From Eledone cirrhosa (Eukaryota), in the NCBI GenBank assembly GCA_964016885.1, contig CAXHJY010000884.1, positions 1 to 50,891 on the forward strand: a stretch of DNA of 50,891 nucleotides. Direction: 5' to 3'. The position numbers were made by a program, and so were the translations under genes. Below, one piece after another: positions 32,077 to 45,206 of this stretch. Within the stretch, counting starts at the first letter, position 1. Every line of letters starts with the position of its first letter. Under the pieces are notes generated by a model. That model made no database searches, was not told the origin of the DNA, and saw only the letters and a list, made by a program, of their open reading frames with translations.

Positions 32077-32330
32077 CCTCCTCCATTTCCCCCAAGCGTG
32101 AACCTCATATAACTGTGTAAAATTGCCTCCTATATATATATTGAAAGTATGTTAACATAATGTAAGCTATTCAACGCAGGTATTTTAAACTGATATGCTT
32201 AATGTGTTTCACTATTTTCATAGACTAAAAACCCTGCGTTTAAGCAGCTTGCGTACATACTTTTGAAATTCAAAATTTGTTCAACGCTTCGTGAACACAA
32301 TCGATTCTTTATTATATAAATATATATAAA

Positions 32331-32460
32331 GTATGTATGTATGTATGTATGTATGTATGTATGTATGTATGTATGTATGTATGTATGTATGTATGTATGT
32401 GTGTATGTATGTGTGTATGTATGTGTGTATGTATGTGTGTATGTATGTGTGTGTATGTGT
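32331..32460. repeat. (GTAT)n microsatellite
   Basis: Directly visible. Confidence 0.97.
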
Positions 32461-32619
32461 GTCTGGTGTGACAAGTAGCTCGGTTCAAAATGAAGTAAGC
32501 CAGAAATCTGATAGTAATAATATGGTTGGTAACAACAGTGGCGGGGAAATATAAAACTAAAAATCACTTGAGAAATAGTCAGTGTAACAATGTAATGGGA
32601 AGAGCTAAAACCTGGCGAT

Positions 32620-35600
32620 ATGGTATTAGTGGTGGTGGTTGTGGTGATGTTGATGGAGGTGGTTGTGGTGGTGGTTGGTTGGTTGGATGGTAGAAGTAGT
32701 GGTAGTACTGTTGCTGGTTATATTAGTGGTTGTGGTGGTGATGGTGGTTCGTTGGTTGGATGGTAGTGATAGTACTGCTGCCGATTATATTAGTGATGGT
32801 GGTGGTGGTTGGTTGGATGGTAGTGATATTACAGTTGCTGGTTATATTAGTGATGGTGGTGGTGGTGGTGGTTGGTTGGATGGTAGTGGTAGTATTGTTG
32901 CTGGTTATATTAGTGGTGGTGGTGGTTGGTTGGATGGTAGTAGTAGTATTGTTGCTGGTTATATTAATGGTGGTGGTTGGTTGGGTGGTAGTAATATTAC
33001 TGTTGCTGGTTATATTAGTGATGGTGGTGGTGGTGGTGGTTGGTTGGATGGTAGTGATAGTACTGTTGCTGGTTATATTAGTGATTGTGGTGGTGGTGGT
33101 GGTTGGTTGGGTGGTAGTAGTAGTATTGTTGCTGGTTATATTAGTGATGATGGTGATGGTGGTGGTGGTTGGTTGGATGGTAGTGATAGTACTGTTGCTG
33201 GTTATATTAGTGGTGGTGGTGGTGGTGGTGGTTGGTTGGATGGTAGTGATAGTACTGTTGCTGGTTATATTAGTGGTGGTGGTGGTGGTGGTTGGTTGGA
33301 TGGTAGTGATAGTACTGTTGCTGGTTATATTAGTGGTGGTGATGATGGTGATGGTGGTGGTGGTTGGTTGGATGGTAGTGATAGTACTGTTGCTGGTTAT
33401 ATTAGTGGTGGTGATGGTGGTGGTGGTGGTTGGTTGGATGGTAGTGATAGTACTGTTGCTGGTTATATTAGTGGTGATGGTGGTGGTGGTTGGTTGGATG
33501 GTAGTGATAGTACTGTTGCTGGTTATATTAGTGGTGGTGATGATGGTGGTTGGTTGGTTGGATGGTAGTGATAGTACTGTTGCTGGTTATATTAGTGGTG
33601 GTGGTGGTGGTTGGTTGGTTGGATGGTAGTGATAGTACTGTTGCTGGTTATATTAGTGGTGGTGGTGATGGTGGTGGTGGTGGTGGTTGGTTGATGGTAG
33701 TGATAGTACTGTTGCTGGTTATATTAGTGGTGGTGGTGGTGGGGGTGGTGGTTGGTTGGATGGTAGTGATAGTACTGTTGCTGGTTATATTAGTGGTGGT
33801 GGTGATGGTGGTGGTGGTTGGGTGGATGGTAGTGATAGTACTGTTGCTGGTTATATTAGTAGTGGTGGTGGTGGTGGTGGTGGTTGGTTGGGTGGTAGTA
33901 GTAGTATTGTTGCTGGTTATATTAGTGATGATGGTGATGGTGGTGGTTGGTTGGGTGGATGGTAGTGATAGTACTGTTGCTGGTTATATTAGTGGTGGTG
34001 GTGGTTGGTTGGGTGGTAGTAGTAGTAGTATTGTTGCTGGTTATATTAGTGATGATGGTGATGGTGGTGGTGGTTGGGTGGATGGTAGTGATAGTACTGT
34101 TGCTGGTTATATTAGTGGTGGTGGTGATGGTGGTGGTGGTGATGGTGGTGGTGGTTGGTTGGATGGTAGTGATAGTACTGTTGCTGGTTATATTAGTGGT
34201 GGTGATGGTGGTGGTGGTGGTGGTTGGTTGGATGGTAGTGATAGTACTGTTGCTGGTTATATTAGTGGTGGTGATGGTGGTGGTGGTTGGTTGGATGGTA
34301 GTGATAGTACTGTTGCTGGTTATATTAGTGGTGGTGGTGGTGGTGGTTGGTTGGATGGTAGTGATAGTACTGTTGCTGGTTATATTAGTGGTGGTGGTGG
34401 TGGTTGGTTGGATGGTAGTGATAGTACTGTTGCTGGTTATATTAGTGGTGGTGATGGTGATGGTGGTGGTGGTTGGTTGGATGGTAGTGATAGTACTGTT
34501 GCTGGTTATATTAGTGGTGGTGGTGATGGTTGGTTGGATGGTAGTAATAGTACTGTTGCTGGTTATATTAGTGGTGGTGGTGATGGTGGTGGTTGGTTCG
34601 TAGTGATAGTACTGTTGCTGGTTATATTAGTGGTGGTGGTGATGGTGATGGTGGTGGTGGTTGGATGGTAGTGGTAGTATTGTTGCTGGTTATATTAGTG
34701 GTGGTGGTGGTGGTGGTTGGTTGGGTGGTAGTAGTAGTATTGTTGCTGGTTATATTAGTGGTGGTGGTGATGGTGGTGGTGGTTGGATGGTAGTGATAGT
34801 ACTGTTGCTGGTTATATTAGTGGTGGTGGTGGTGGTGGTGGTGGTTGGTTGGATGGTAGTGGTAGTATTGTTGCTGGTTATATTAGTGGTGGTGGTGGTG
34901 GTGGTTGGTTGGGTGGTAGTAGTAGTATTGTTGCTGGTTATATTAGTGGTGGTGGTGATGGTGGTGGTGGTTGGATGGTAGTGGTAGTACTGTGCTGGTT
35001 ATATTAGTGGTGGTGGTGATGGTGGTGGTGGTTGGTTGGATGGTAGTGATAGTACTGTTGCTGGTTATATTAGTGGTGGTGGTGATGGTGGTGGTGGTTG
35101 GTTGGATGGTAGTGGTAGTACTGTTGCTGGTTATATTAGTGGTGGTGGTGATGGTGGTGGTGGTTGGTTGGATGGTAGTGGTAGTACTGTTGCTGGTTAT
35201 ATTAGTGGTGGTGGTGGTGGTTGGTTGGATGGTAGTGATAGTACTGTTGCTGGTTATATTAGTGGTGGTGGTGGTGGTTGGTTGGATGGTAGTGATATTA
35301 CTGTTGCTGGTTATATTAGTGGTGGTGGTGGTGGTGGTTGGTTGGATGGTAGTGATAGTACTGTTGCTGGTTATATTAGTGGTGGTGGTGATGGTGGTGG
35401 TGGTTGGGTGGATGGTAGTGATAGTACTGTTGCTGGTTATATTAGTAGTGGTGGTGGTGGTGGTGGTGGTTGGTTGGGTGGTAGTAGTAGTATTGTTGCT
35501 GGTTATATTAGTGATGATGGTGATGGTGGTGGTTGGTTGGGTGGATGGTAGTGATAGTACTGTTGCTGGTTATATTAGTGGTGGTGGTGGTTGGTTGGGT

Positions 35601-38600
35601 GGTAGTAGTAGTAGTATTGTTGCTGGTTATATTAGTGATGATGGTGATGGTGGTGGTGGTTGGGTGGATGGTAGTGATAGTACTGTTGCTGGTTATATTA
35701 GTGGTGGTGGTGATGGTGGTGGTGGTGATGGTGGTGGTGGTTGGTTGGATGGTAGTGATAGTACTGTTGCTGGTTATATTAGTGGTGGTGATGGTGGTGG
35801 TGGTGGTGGTTGGTTGGATGGTAGTGATAGTACTGTTGCTGGTTATATTAGTGGTGGTGATGGTGGTGGTGGTTGGTTGGATGGTAGTGATAGTACTGTT
35901 GCTGGTTATATTAGTGGTGGTGGTGGTGGTGGTTGGTTGGATGGTAGTGATAGTACTGTTGCTGGTTATATTAGTGGTGGTGGTGGTGGTTGGTTGGATG
36001 GTAGTGATAGTACTGTTGCTGGTTATATTAGTGGTGGTGATGGTGATGGTGGTGGTGGTTGGTTGGATGGTAGTGATAGTACTGTTGCTGGTTATATTAG
36101 TGGTGGTGGTGATGGTTGGTTGGATGGTAGTAATAGTACTGTTGCTGGTTATATTAGTGGTGGTGGTGATGGTGGTGGTTGGTTCGTAGTGATAGTACTG
36201 TTGCTGGTTATATTAGTGGTGGTGGTGATGGTGATGGTGGTGGTGGTTGGATGGTAGTGGTAGTATTGTTGCTGGTTATATTAGTGGTGGTGGTGGTGGT
36301 GGTTGGTTGGGTGGTAGTAGTAGTATTGTTGCTGGTTATATTAGTGGTGGTGGTGATGGTGGTGGTGGTTGGATGGTAGTGATAGTACTGTTGCTGGTTA
36401 TATTAGTGGTGGTGGTGGTGGTGGTGGTGGTGGTGGTTGGTTGGATGGTAGTGGTAGTATTGTTGCTGGTTATATTAGTGGTGGTGGTGGTGGTGGTTGG
36501 TTGGGTGGTAGTAGTAGTATTGTTGCTGGTTATATTAGTGGTGGTGGTGATGGTGGTGGTGGTTGGATGGTAGTGGTAGTACTGTGCTGGTTATATTAGT
36601 GGTGGTGGTGATGGTTGGTTGGATGGTAGTGATAGTACTGTTGCTGGTTATATTAGTGGTGGTGGTGATGGTGGTGGTGGTTGGTTGGATGGTAGTGGTA
36701 GTACTGTTGCTGGTTATATTAGTGGTGGTGGTGATGGTGGTGGTGGTTGGTTGGATGGTAGTGGTAGTACTGTTGCTGGTTATATTAGTGGTGGTGGTGG
36801 TGGTTGGTTGGATGGTAGTGATAGTACTGTTGCTGGTTATATTAGTGGTGGTGGTGGTGGTTGGTTGGATGGTAGTGATATTACTGTTGCTGGTTATATT
36901 AGTGGTGGTGGTGGTGGTGGTTGGTTGGATGGTAGTGATAGTACTGTTGCTGGTTATATTAGTGGTGGTGGTGATGGTGGTGGTGGTTGGGTGGATGGTA
37001 GTGATAGTACTGTTGCTGGTTATATTAGTGGTGGTGGTGGTGGTGGTGGTTGGTTGGATGGTAGTGATAGTACTGTTGCTGGTTATATTAGTGGTGGTGG
37101 TGATGGTGGTGGTGGTTGGTTGGTTGGATGGTAGTGATAGTACTGTTGCTGGTTATATTAGTGGTGGTGGTGGTGGTGGTTGGTTGGATGGTAGTGATAG
37201 TACTGTTGCTGGTTATATTAGTGGTGGTGGTGGTGGTGGTTGGTTGGATGGTAGTGATAGTACTGTTGCTGGTTATATTAGTGGTGGTGGTGGTGGTGGT
37301 TGGTTGGATGGTAGTGATAGTACTGTTGCTGGTTATATTAGTGGTGGTGGTGGTTGGTTGGATGGTAGTGATAGTACTGTTGCTGGTTATATTAGTGGTG
37401 GTGGTGGTGGTGGTTGGTTGGATGGTAGTGATAGTACTGTTGCTGGTTATATTAGTGGTGGTGGTGGTGGTGGTTGGTTGGATGGTAGTGATAGTACTGT
37501 TGCTGGTTATATTAGTGGTGGTGGTGGTGGTGGTTGGTTGGATGGTAGTGATAGTACTGTTGCTGGTTATATTAGTGGTGGTGGTGGTGGTTGGTTGGAT
37601 GGTAGTGATAGTACTGTTGCTGGTTATATTAGTGGTGGTGGTGATGGTGGTGGTGGTTGGTTGGATGGTAGTGATAGTACTATTGCTGTTTATATTAGTG
37701 GTGGTGGTGGTGATGGTGGTGGTGGTTGGTTGGATGGTAGTGATAGTACTGTTGCTGGTTATATTAGTGGTGGTGGTGGTGGTGGTGGTTGGTTGGATGG
37801 TAGTGATAGTACTATTGCTGTTTATATTAGTGGTGGTGGTGGTGATGGTGGTGGTGGTTGGTTGGATGGTAGTGATAGTACTGTTGCTGGTTATATTAGT
37901 GGTGGTGGTGGTGGTGGTTGGTTGGATGGTAGTGATAGTACTGTTGCTGGTTATATTAGTGGTGGTGGTGGTGGTGGTTGGTTGGATGGTAGTGATAGTA
38001 CTGTTGCTGGTTATATTAGTGGTGGTGGTGGTGGTGGTGGTTGGTTGGATGGTAGTGATAGTACTGTTGCTGGTTATATGAGTGGTGGTGGTGGTGATGG
38101 TGGTGGTGGTTGGTTGGATGGTAGTGATAGTACTGTTGCTGGTTATATGAGTGGTGGTGGTGATGGTGGTGGTGGTTGGTTGGTTGGATGGTAGTGATAG
38201 TACTGTTGCTGGTTATATTAGTGGTGGTGGTGGTGGTGGTGGTTGGTTGGATGGTAGTGATAGTACTGTTGCTGGTTATATGAGTGGTGGTGGTGGTGAT
38301 GGTGGTGGTGGTTGGTTGGATGGTAGTGATAGTACTGTTGCTGGTTATATGAGTGGTGGTGGTGATGGTGGTGGTGGTTGGTTGGTTGGATGGTAGTGAT
38401 AGTACTGTTGCTGGTTATATTAGTGGTGGTGGTGGTGATGGTGGTGGTGGTTGGTTGGATGGTAGTGATAGTACTGTTGCTGGTTATATGAGTGGTGGTG
38501 GTGATGGTGGTGGTGATACTGTTGTTAGTTATACTAGGGGTGGGGGGTGCGGGTGGAGGTAGTGGTAGTGGTGTTGCTGGTTATACCACGGTGGTGGTGA
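32620..38600. repeat. 5.9-kb minisatellite, unit GGTTGGTTGGATGGTAGTGATAGTACTGTTGCTGGTTATATTAGT(GGT/GAT)n (~55-75 bp, ~90+ units)
   Basis: Fixed ~45-bp core plus variable trinucleotide tract; contains an internal ~1.59-kb duplication. Confidence 0.98.
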
Positions 38601-39178
38601 TGGTTTGTTGACTGGCTTGTTGTGGTGGTGACGTGTGTGTATTGTTGGTAGTAGTGGTGCTGATAGTAGTGGTGTTGTTGGTATTAATAGTAGTGGCAGC
38701 GGTGGTCACAAAGTCCTAGTTCTACCTTAGTCATTACTTAACATATCTCGTTTCTACTTATCAAACACTGGACCCAATATGGAGAGGGATTATTCTAGAT
38801 AGTTGTTCAACATGCTAGAAATAGCAGCCAAAATCGCCCTTAAATCCCACCCCGATCATCATCACCATGTACTGTCCTGTTCTCAGCATGTTCAATAAAT
38901 ACCATGGTTTGCAATAATGTTATCCGTGGTTAACTGTCTGGTGTGCCTCTATGGTGGCGCTCCAACTCGCTCCATAAAGTGGCAGGTTGGCTATGGTAGG
39001 ATTTGAACTTCCTCAAAAAAAAAAAAAAAATAATAATAAAACAGAAGAAATACTACAAGGCATCTGCCTAGTAGTCTAATCGTCCCCTACCTCAAAGAAA
39101 TCCGTCCCTTTGGAATTCTCTTCCTGCACGTGTCTTTCTTGCAGGAATCAACCTCTGCAACAATCTAACCTAAGTATC

Positions 39179-39392
39179 GGTTTCTTATATAGACAGAAGA
39201 CTCAACATTTTTGGGGGAGGGAAAATTCGATTAAATTGACCCCAGTGCATTACTGGTACTTTATTTATCGACCACGTAAGGATGAAAGGCAAAGCTAACC
39301 TCGGCAGGATTTGAACTGATTGTAAAGGGCCGTAACTCTCTGCCATAAAATATGTTGTCCGACGCTCCACCGATACTGCCAATCCACCGCCC
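39179..39392 (-). mobile_element. Family A SINE, near full length
   Basis: Minus strand GGCGGTGGATTGGCAGTATCGG (A box), GTTCAAATCC (B box), then central GCCTTTCATCCTT..GGTCGATAAATAAAGTACCAGT. Confidence 0.9.
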
Positions 39393-39529
39393 TTTAACCT
39401 AAATATCAACAACACACCATGGATCTATCTCATTGCCTAGAAGGGCTTGCAAAAGTACTTTACCCCAGACCTAGCAGGTAAAAGACAAAAATAAATAAAT
39501 AAAAGATATTTCAGTCCTGAAATAGAAGA

Positions 39530-39645
39530 GACCTCCGTCGGTTTTAACGACGAGTGTCATAGTTGTTCGATCAACGGGAAAACTCTGCTTATGAAATTAA
39601 TGCCTAAGTGGCTAAGAGGTTCACAGGCACGTGTACCCTTACTGT
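39530..39645 (-). mobile_element. SINE 3' portion related to family B
   Basis: Reverse complement aligns with 29455-29570. Confidence 0.55.
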
Positions 39646-40424
39646 AAATATAACAACAAGACGGGATGGTAATACAAAGCCATAAAAAGACGAGATGGTA
39701 ATACGAAGCTGGACTTATTTCGATCATAGGTCAGTTCAATCAGGACTGACCTAGGGCTAAACAACAACTTATAGATATATGTACTAATAAACCGACCAAC
39801 CAACCAGCCAACCGGCAAACCAGTTAACCAGTTGGCCAACGCCATTGGGGACCAACGTTTAAGTGCTGTTAGTCTCATATCCTACTAATAAATGAGTATT
39901 ATTCATTAGTACGCGTGCATGTGCGGTGGTGTGTGTATCTGTGTGGTGTAGTGTGGTGTGTGTATGTGGTGTAGTTTGGTGTGTGTATGTGTGTGCTTGA
40001 GAAAGGGAAGAGATATGTATTGCACCATGTATCCTCCACTTTTGACCCTGCCACCTTCAATCAAATTTGTAAATGACTAACGGACGATCTGGACTTTGAA
40101 GCTACTAATCCAGGTAATTACATCTGCGCCTGTGTATGTACCTGTGTGTGTGTGTATGTGTGTATGTGTGTATGTGTGTATGTGTGTGTTTGTGTGTGTT
40201 TGTGTGTGTGTGAAGGGATTATTGATACCGAAATATGTGTAGTACACTCGACATCATAAAGAATTGTACTGGAATGACATCACAAACACTCACATACACA
40301 CACACACACGCACATACATACACAGATACACACAAACGGAAATACTTAATACCACTTAACACATTCAACATATATACGTGTTGAAATACTATGTCATCAT
40401 TGCTGGGTGTAAGAAGCCAGTACT

Positions 40425-41300
40425 TGATATAATTAGCCATCCGACCACATTGCACTAGATATATTTAACCATCAAACCAGAGCGCTAGATATATTTAACC
40501 ATCAAACCAGAGCGCTAGATATATTTAACCATCAGATCAGAGCGCTAGATATATTTAACCATCAAACCTGAGCGCTAGATATATTTAACCATCAGATCAG
40601 AGCGCTAGATATATTTAACCATCAAACCAGAGGGCTAGATATATTTAACCATCAGATCAGAGCGCTAGATATATTTAACCATCAAACCAGAGCGCTATAT
40701 ATATTTAACCATCAAATCAAACCACACAGCACTCAACATATTTAACAATCAGACCACAGCCACAGAATATCATATTTAACCCTCAGGTCACACACTACAT
40801 GATACATTTAACCATCAAACCACACAGCACTCAAAGCATTAACAATCGGACCACACAGTACATGATATATGTAACCATCATACGACAGTATTTGATATAA
40901 TTAACCATCAAACTGCCAGCATTCGATGGATTTAACCATCAAGCTCCAATTTTCAACAGGTTCACTTGACATATGTAGCTATCCCAGCAATTGACTTATG
41001 TAGCTATCAAGCTCCAGGCCTCAACAATCATATTTAATAATCAGACCTCATCACTCGACAAATTTAATCACAAGGACCCCCAATTTTTCACACATCTAAT
41101 CATCAGCCCCAACACTCGACATACCTAATCGTCAGGTACCAGCATTCAACATATTTAACTATCGGGTTCCGGTACGCCATATAATAAACTCAGACGCATT
41201 CACTCCTGAAATCTATCCATCGAGCACATTCCATGTAATAAACCACCAAACATTTGCATTTCATACATCTAACTATCAAGCATTTTTCATAAAATATTTA
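40425..41300. repeat. 30-bp minisatellite (CTAGATATATTTAACCATCARAYCAGAGCG): 9 homogeneous copies (40456-40715) plus a long degenerate tail
   Basis: ATATTTAACC recurs every 30 bp from 40461 to 40701; decayed TTTAAYCATCA units continue to ~41300. Confidence 0.92.
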
Positions 41301-41309
41301 AACACCATA

Positions 41310-41667
41310 ATTGTTTTTCACATAGGTACAAGGTTGTATTTATTGGATGGAGAAGGTAAGAATAGTTGATTAAACCAACTCCAGTGCTTGACTATTACTT
41401 TATTTTATTAACCCTGGGAAGATACAAGGCGGATTTGATCTGCGCGGCGTTTGGACTCAGAATGTAAAGGGCCAATAATAATTGTTTCTACTTTTGGCAC
41501 AAGGCCAGAAATTATCCCAGTGCATTACTGGTACTTTATTTTATCGATCCCGTAAGGATGAAAGGCAAAGTTAACCTCGACAGAATTTGAACTCAAACCG
41601 TAAAGGACCGTAACTCTTTGCTGCAAAGCAAGGTGTCCGACCCTCTACCGATACTGCCAATCCACCA
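41310..41667 (-). mobile_element. Two tandem family A SINEs (41310-41473, 41481-41667)
   Basis: Same diagnostic motifs as the 12.3-14 kb cluster, separated by AATAATAAT. Confidence 0.88.
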
Positions 41668-42462
41668 ATAATAATAATACAGATAATAACAAGCCTCACT
41701 TCCCACCAACACCCAATCATGCCACATACAATTCTCTCTTTGACACACCACACTCACACAAGGACAATTAATGTATGAAGGGGTATTCTAGTGAAAATCA
41801 GTTAAATAAACACATTTTATGGGATAAAAATTCCAAATCCTTTCAAAACCTATAAAGTAAATAAAATAATAATAATAATAACAATATTATAAATATATAT
41901 ATATAAAATAAAATCCACAAGAAATGACCCTTGCACCCGGTCTTTCCCCCCATATGTCAACAAAATGTGGCAGCTTAACTGTAAAGTAGCACTCCCTTAT
42001 TTTGTGTCACCTTGTGAATAAACAAAAAAAAAAGAGTAAATTCCACAAATTAGACCCCCGCCCCACGAAAAAATCCCTCCAAACATAGGTGAGCAGAGGG
42101 GTGGGTTGGTAAGCGAAAATAATTTTATTTAATTCTGTCTATCTATGCTCCTCTTTTCTTAAAAGAAAAAGAAGAGGTAAGGGAGGGAGGATGATAATAG
42201 CAGGATAGCTGATTGAAAAAGACAGGTATTGTTATTATTTGATGGGTTTGGATTTGTGTCTGTCCAGGTGAGGGCCCTTTGTCCAGTTGAGGGGTCAGAT
42301 TTAAGGTAAGAGAAGGAAAGAGTGAGAGAGTGAAATTCCAAAATACTTTTGTTGCTGTTAAGCCCCCAATTGGGTTCTAAGCTTCTAAGCAAATAAAACC
42401 AAGACCAACGCATCGTGTTTTCTATAATCTTCAGATATATAGGTGGTAATTACACACACACA

Positions 42463-42496
<34 letters not shown>

Positions 42497-42519
42497 TGTG
42501 TGTATGTGCGTCCTGGTTT

Positions 42520-42670
42520 GCGTCTGTTTATGTTCTGTAACTTAGCGGTTCAACAAAATCAGATCGATAAAATATGTGCCAGGCTTGAAAATAATTTCTA
42601 TGGTGGATATAATCGACTAAAATCCTTGAATTCATGTCTCCATCATGGCAGGTGTCTAAGGACTGAAATT
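42520..42670 (+). mobile_element. Degenerate SINE-like fragment
   Basis: CGATAAAATATGTGCCAGG..TAATCGACTAAAATCCTT resembles the family A central domain. Confidence 0.4.
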
Positions 42671-43188
42671 AGCGATATAATTGTGTGTGTATGCGTGTGT
42701 GTGCGCTTCACCGTCCCTCCATATTAGTTTTTGTTTAAGCTTCATATTGTATCGGTAAAATAAATATTGGAGTCGATATAAAAGACTGAATCAAAATTTT
42801 GTTCGCCAAGGAACAAACCATTAAACAAAAAGGACGAACTTGTGACTTCCTGCAAGCACGGGATTTAGAAAACATACCTTCTCACGATCCAGAAGGGTAA
42901 CACTACTTCCCAACATTCATTGGGCACATACTGACACCGGCATATACCTCCTCGATACACAGTACATATGCACACACAATCATGCTTCTACACCGGCGTA
43001 TACACCCCGCATATGTATATATACTCCTAGACGGAGCATATATACATACGCACGCCATCACACGACACCATGTTAATACATGTATCTTTTCCGGCGCACA
43101 AGCAGCCTCGTATACACTAAGAATATAAGCTGTCCATGTAGGGTAAAGATTCTTTATCGGATGTGAAATAAAATTTTTAGAATGAATT

Positions 43189-43244
<56 letters not shown>

Positions 43245-43346
43245 ATGGCTAGGAAGTAAGTCCACGCTTTGCTATTTCCTATTCACTGATTTATTTTTAA
43301 TAAGCTTCCAGTGTCCTCGCTTTGCCTGGACCTTATATGAGAATTG

Positions 43347-43428
43347 ACTTTCCTGATGACGGGATGTTTCTCTACACCTTCTTCGGAAGATGTATCTACT
43401 CCATTCCAGAAACTAATTAGTTGGAAGT
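43347..43428 (+). ncRNA. Type I hammerhead ribozyme motif
   Basis: Stem I ACTTTC/GGAAGT; CTGATGA 43353-43359; stem II GGGATG..CATTCC (closing C-A mismatch); GAAA 43409-43412; palindromic stem III AACTAATTAGTT; GUU triplet. Confidence 0.72.
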
Positions 43429-43613
43429 GATATTTTAGTAAGTAAGTTAATTTTATAATTTTCTTATCTTACGTCTCTTATATTATTGTTCTGCAACCCC
43501 ATGCATTGAACCACAATGTTATTAAGACAAAACCTATATATTTGCTAGCATCGATATGCATATATATGTTACTAGATATAAATTCTTTATTATTATTATA
43601 TATATATATATAT

Positions 43614-43690
<77 letters not shown>

Positions 43691-43711
43691 TTCTATATAT
43701 ATATATATTAT

Positions 43712-43895
43712 ATTATGTAATAAACAACACAAAATAATTATTCCATTACCCAAGGTTTCAGGAAGTTAGACGATTCTAATAGAAACGTCTGTTTCGTTCA
43801 TCAGATGAAATATCTTCATCCTTGGGTAATGGAATAATTATATTGTGTTGTTTATTACATAATTAAATAGCTCTGTACTATACATAGAGCACTCT
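43712..43895 (-). mobile_element. Penelope-like pLTR derivative with 44-bp inverted arms
   Basis: Arms 43712-43755 / 43820-43863 (1 mismatch) enclose the 5' part of a hammerhead; adjacent to (TA)n. Confidence 0.68.
43740..43811 (-). ncRNA. Type I hammerhead ribozyme motif
   Basis: Minus strand ATTTCAT-CTGATGA-[ACGAAACAGACGTTTCT ATT AGAATCGTCTAACTTCCT]-GAAA-CC-TTG-GG-TA-ATGGAAT; stems I-III form, GUA triplet. Confidence 0.78.
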
Positions 43896-44656
43896 TCTTT
43901 GCTTTACCTTTTCTACGGAAATAGTTAACATATATTTTATATATATTTTCAGAGAATGGTTGTGGTTGTGTGCATGGGTGAGTGGGTGTGTGTATGTGTG
44001 TATGTGTTTCGTTACTTATGTGGTGATGGGTAAGAATAACTGAGGTATTATAGCGGTGCGGGAAGAATTGTGTTTGTGTATGTGTGTATGTGCATGTTCG
44101 TGTATGTGTGTGTATATATGTACGAGTGTACAGACAAGTGGTTCCCAAACGTTTTCCCCTTTACGATGCACTTTACAAGAAGTAAAAATATCTGGGTGCA
44201 CTTAATGCCTAAATTCATAAATTTATTCAAAAGTAGTATTTATACATATTAACATAGCATAAAGTAGAAAAATATAAAACAAAATACATTAAAATTATTT
44301 GTACTTCCTTCTTTATTCAATAAGTGGACCTGAGCTATCAATGTGAAACATCATGTTCTTGGTGTTTTTTAGAAATATTTTCATTCTTAGTTGAGTTGAT
44401 TCTTACTTTGACAGTTATATATCAAGTTTATTACGAATTTCAATTTGTATTTTTGACATTTTGAAATAGAATCTTGCTCTTTGGGGGCACACCTAATTAC
44501 ATCTCGCGGCTCACAAATGTATCGTGATACATTTGTTTGGGTTTGGGTGTGGGTTTGGGACCCTCTGGTGTAAACATACAGACCAGAGGTATAAATAAGA
44601 AGATTGACAGATACATAGAAATATAGGTAGCTGAAAAGGCACACACAGACATTATA

Positions 44657-44687
<31 letters not shown>

Positions 44688-44688
<1 letters not shown>

Positions 44689-44865
44689 ACGAAGGAGGTG
44701 TGGTAAGGAACCAGATGGACCATAACGCACCGGAGTACTCAATACTTAGGGTAATAGAGTGGGTAATAGGAAAATGTTTGACCCCGACGGCAGAGCTCAA
44801 GCCGTTTCGACGGCTATTTCTGGACTCAGCTTGAGCTCTGCCGTCGGAGTCAAACATTTTCCTAT
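44688..44865 (-). mobile_element. Penelope-like pLTR derivative with 37-bp fold-back (family P3)
   Basis: Arms 44766-44802 / 44829-44865 (1 mismatch); minus-strand AGCCGTC-GAAA-CGGC-TT; TTGAGTACT at 44742-44734; (TA)n on both sides. Confidence 0.65.
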
Positions 44866-44869
44866 ATAC

Positions 44870-44902
<33 letters not shown>

Positions 44903-45147
44903 TACATATATAGATAGACAGACAAACAGACAGAGAGATAGTCAGACAGATATACATGTGCTTCACATGACGTCATATAAAGTCATCAATATTACAAGCC
45001 TGTTATCAGCAAAGTGGTCAATAACAAATTCGAAGCAAATTAAATTATTTCGAGCTATGAAAACGTCAATGTGAAAAGTGACATAAACACTGAGAATTTT
45101 ATGTGATGCTTTATTGATTATGTATTTATTATATACAAATATGTATG

Positions 45148-45204
<57 letters not shown>

Positions 45205-45206
<2 letters not shown>

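Noticed and set aside
32663-38562. Gly-rich or Val-rich plus-strand ORFs as a bona fide gene
   Set aside because: Frames switch repeatedly, and there is no signal peptide, non-repetitive domain or splice evidence; kept only as a low-probability finding.
32620-41300. CRISPR-like repeat-spacer appearance of the minisatellites
   Set aside because: Spacers are simple repeats or mutually homologous, the context is eukaryotic, and there are no cas genes.
42255-42310. Possible micro-exon (TGTCCAG|...TTTAAG|GTAAGA)
   Set aside because: Splice-like motifs alone are insufficient without transcript data.
44387-44530. Minus-strand peptide ..SISKCQKYKLKF as a PLE GIY-YIG C-terminal remnant
   Set aside because: Resemblance is too short and weak to support without a profile search.
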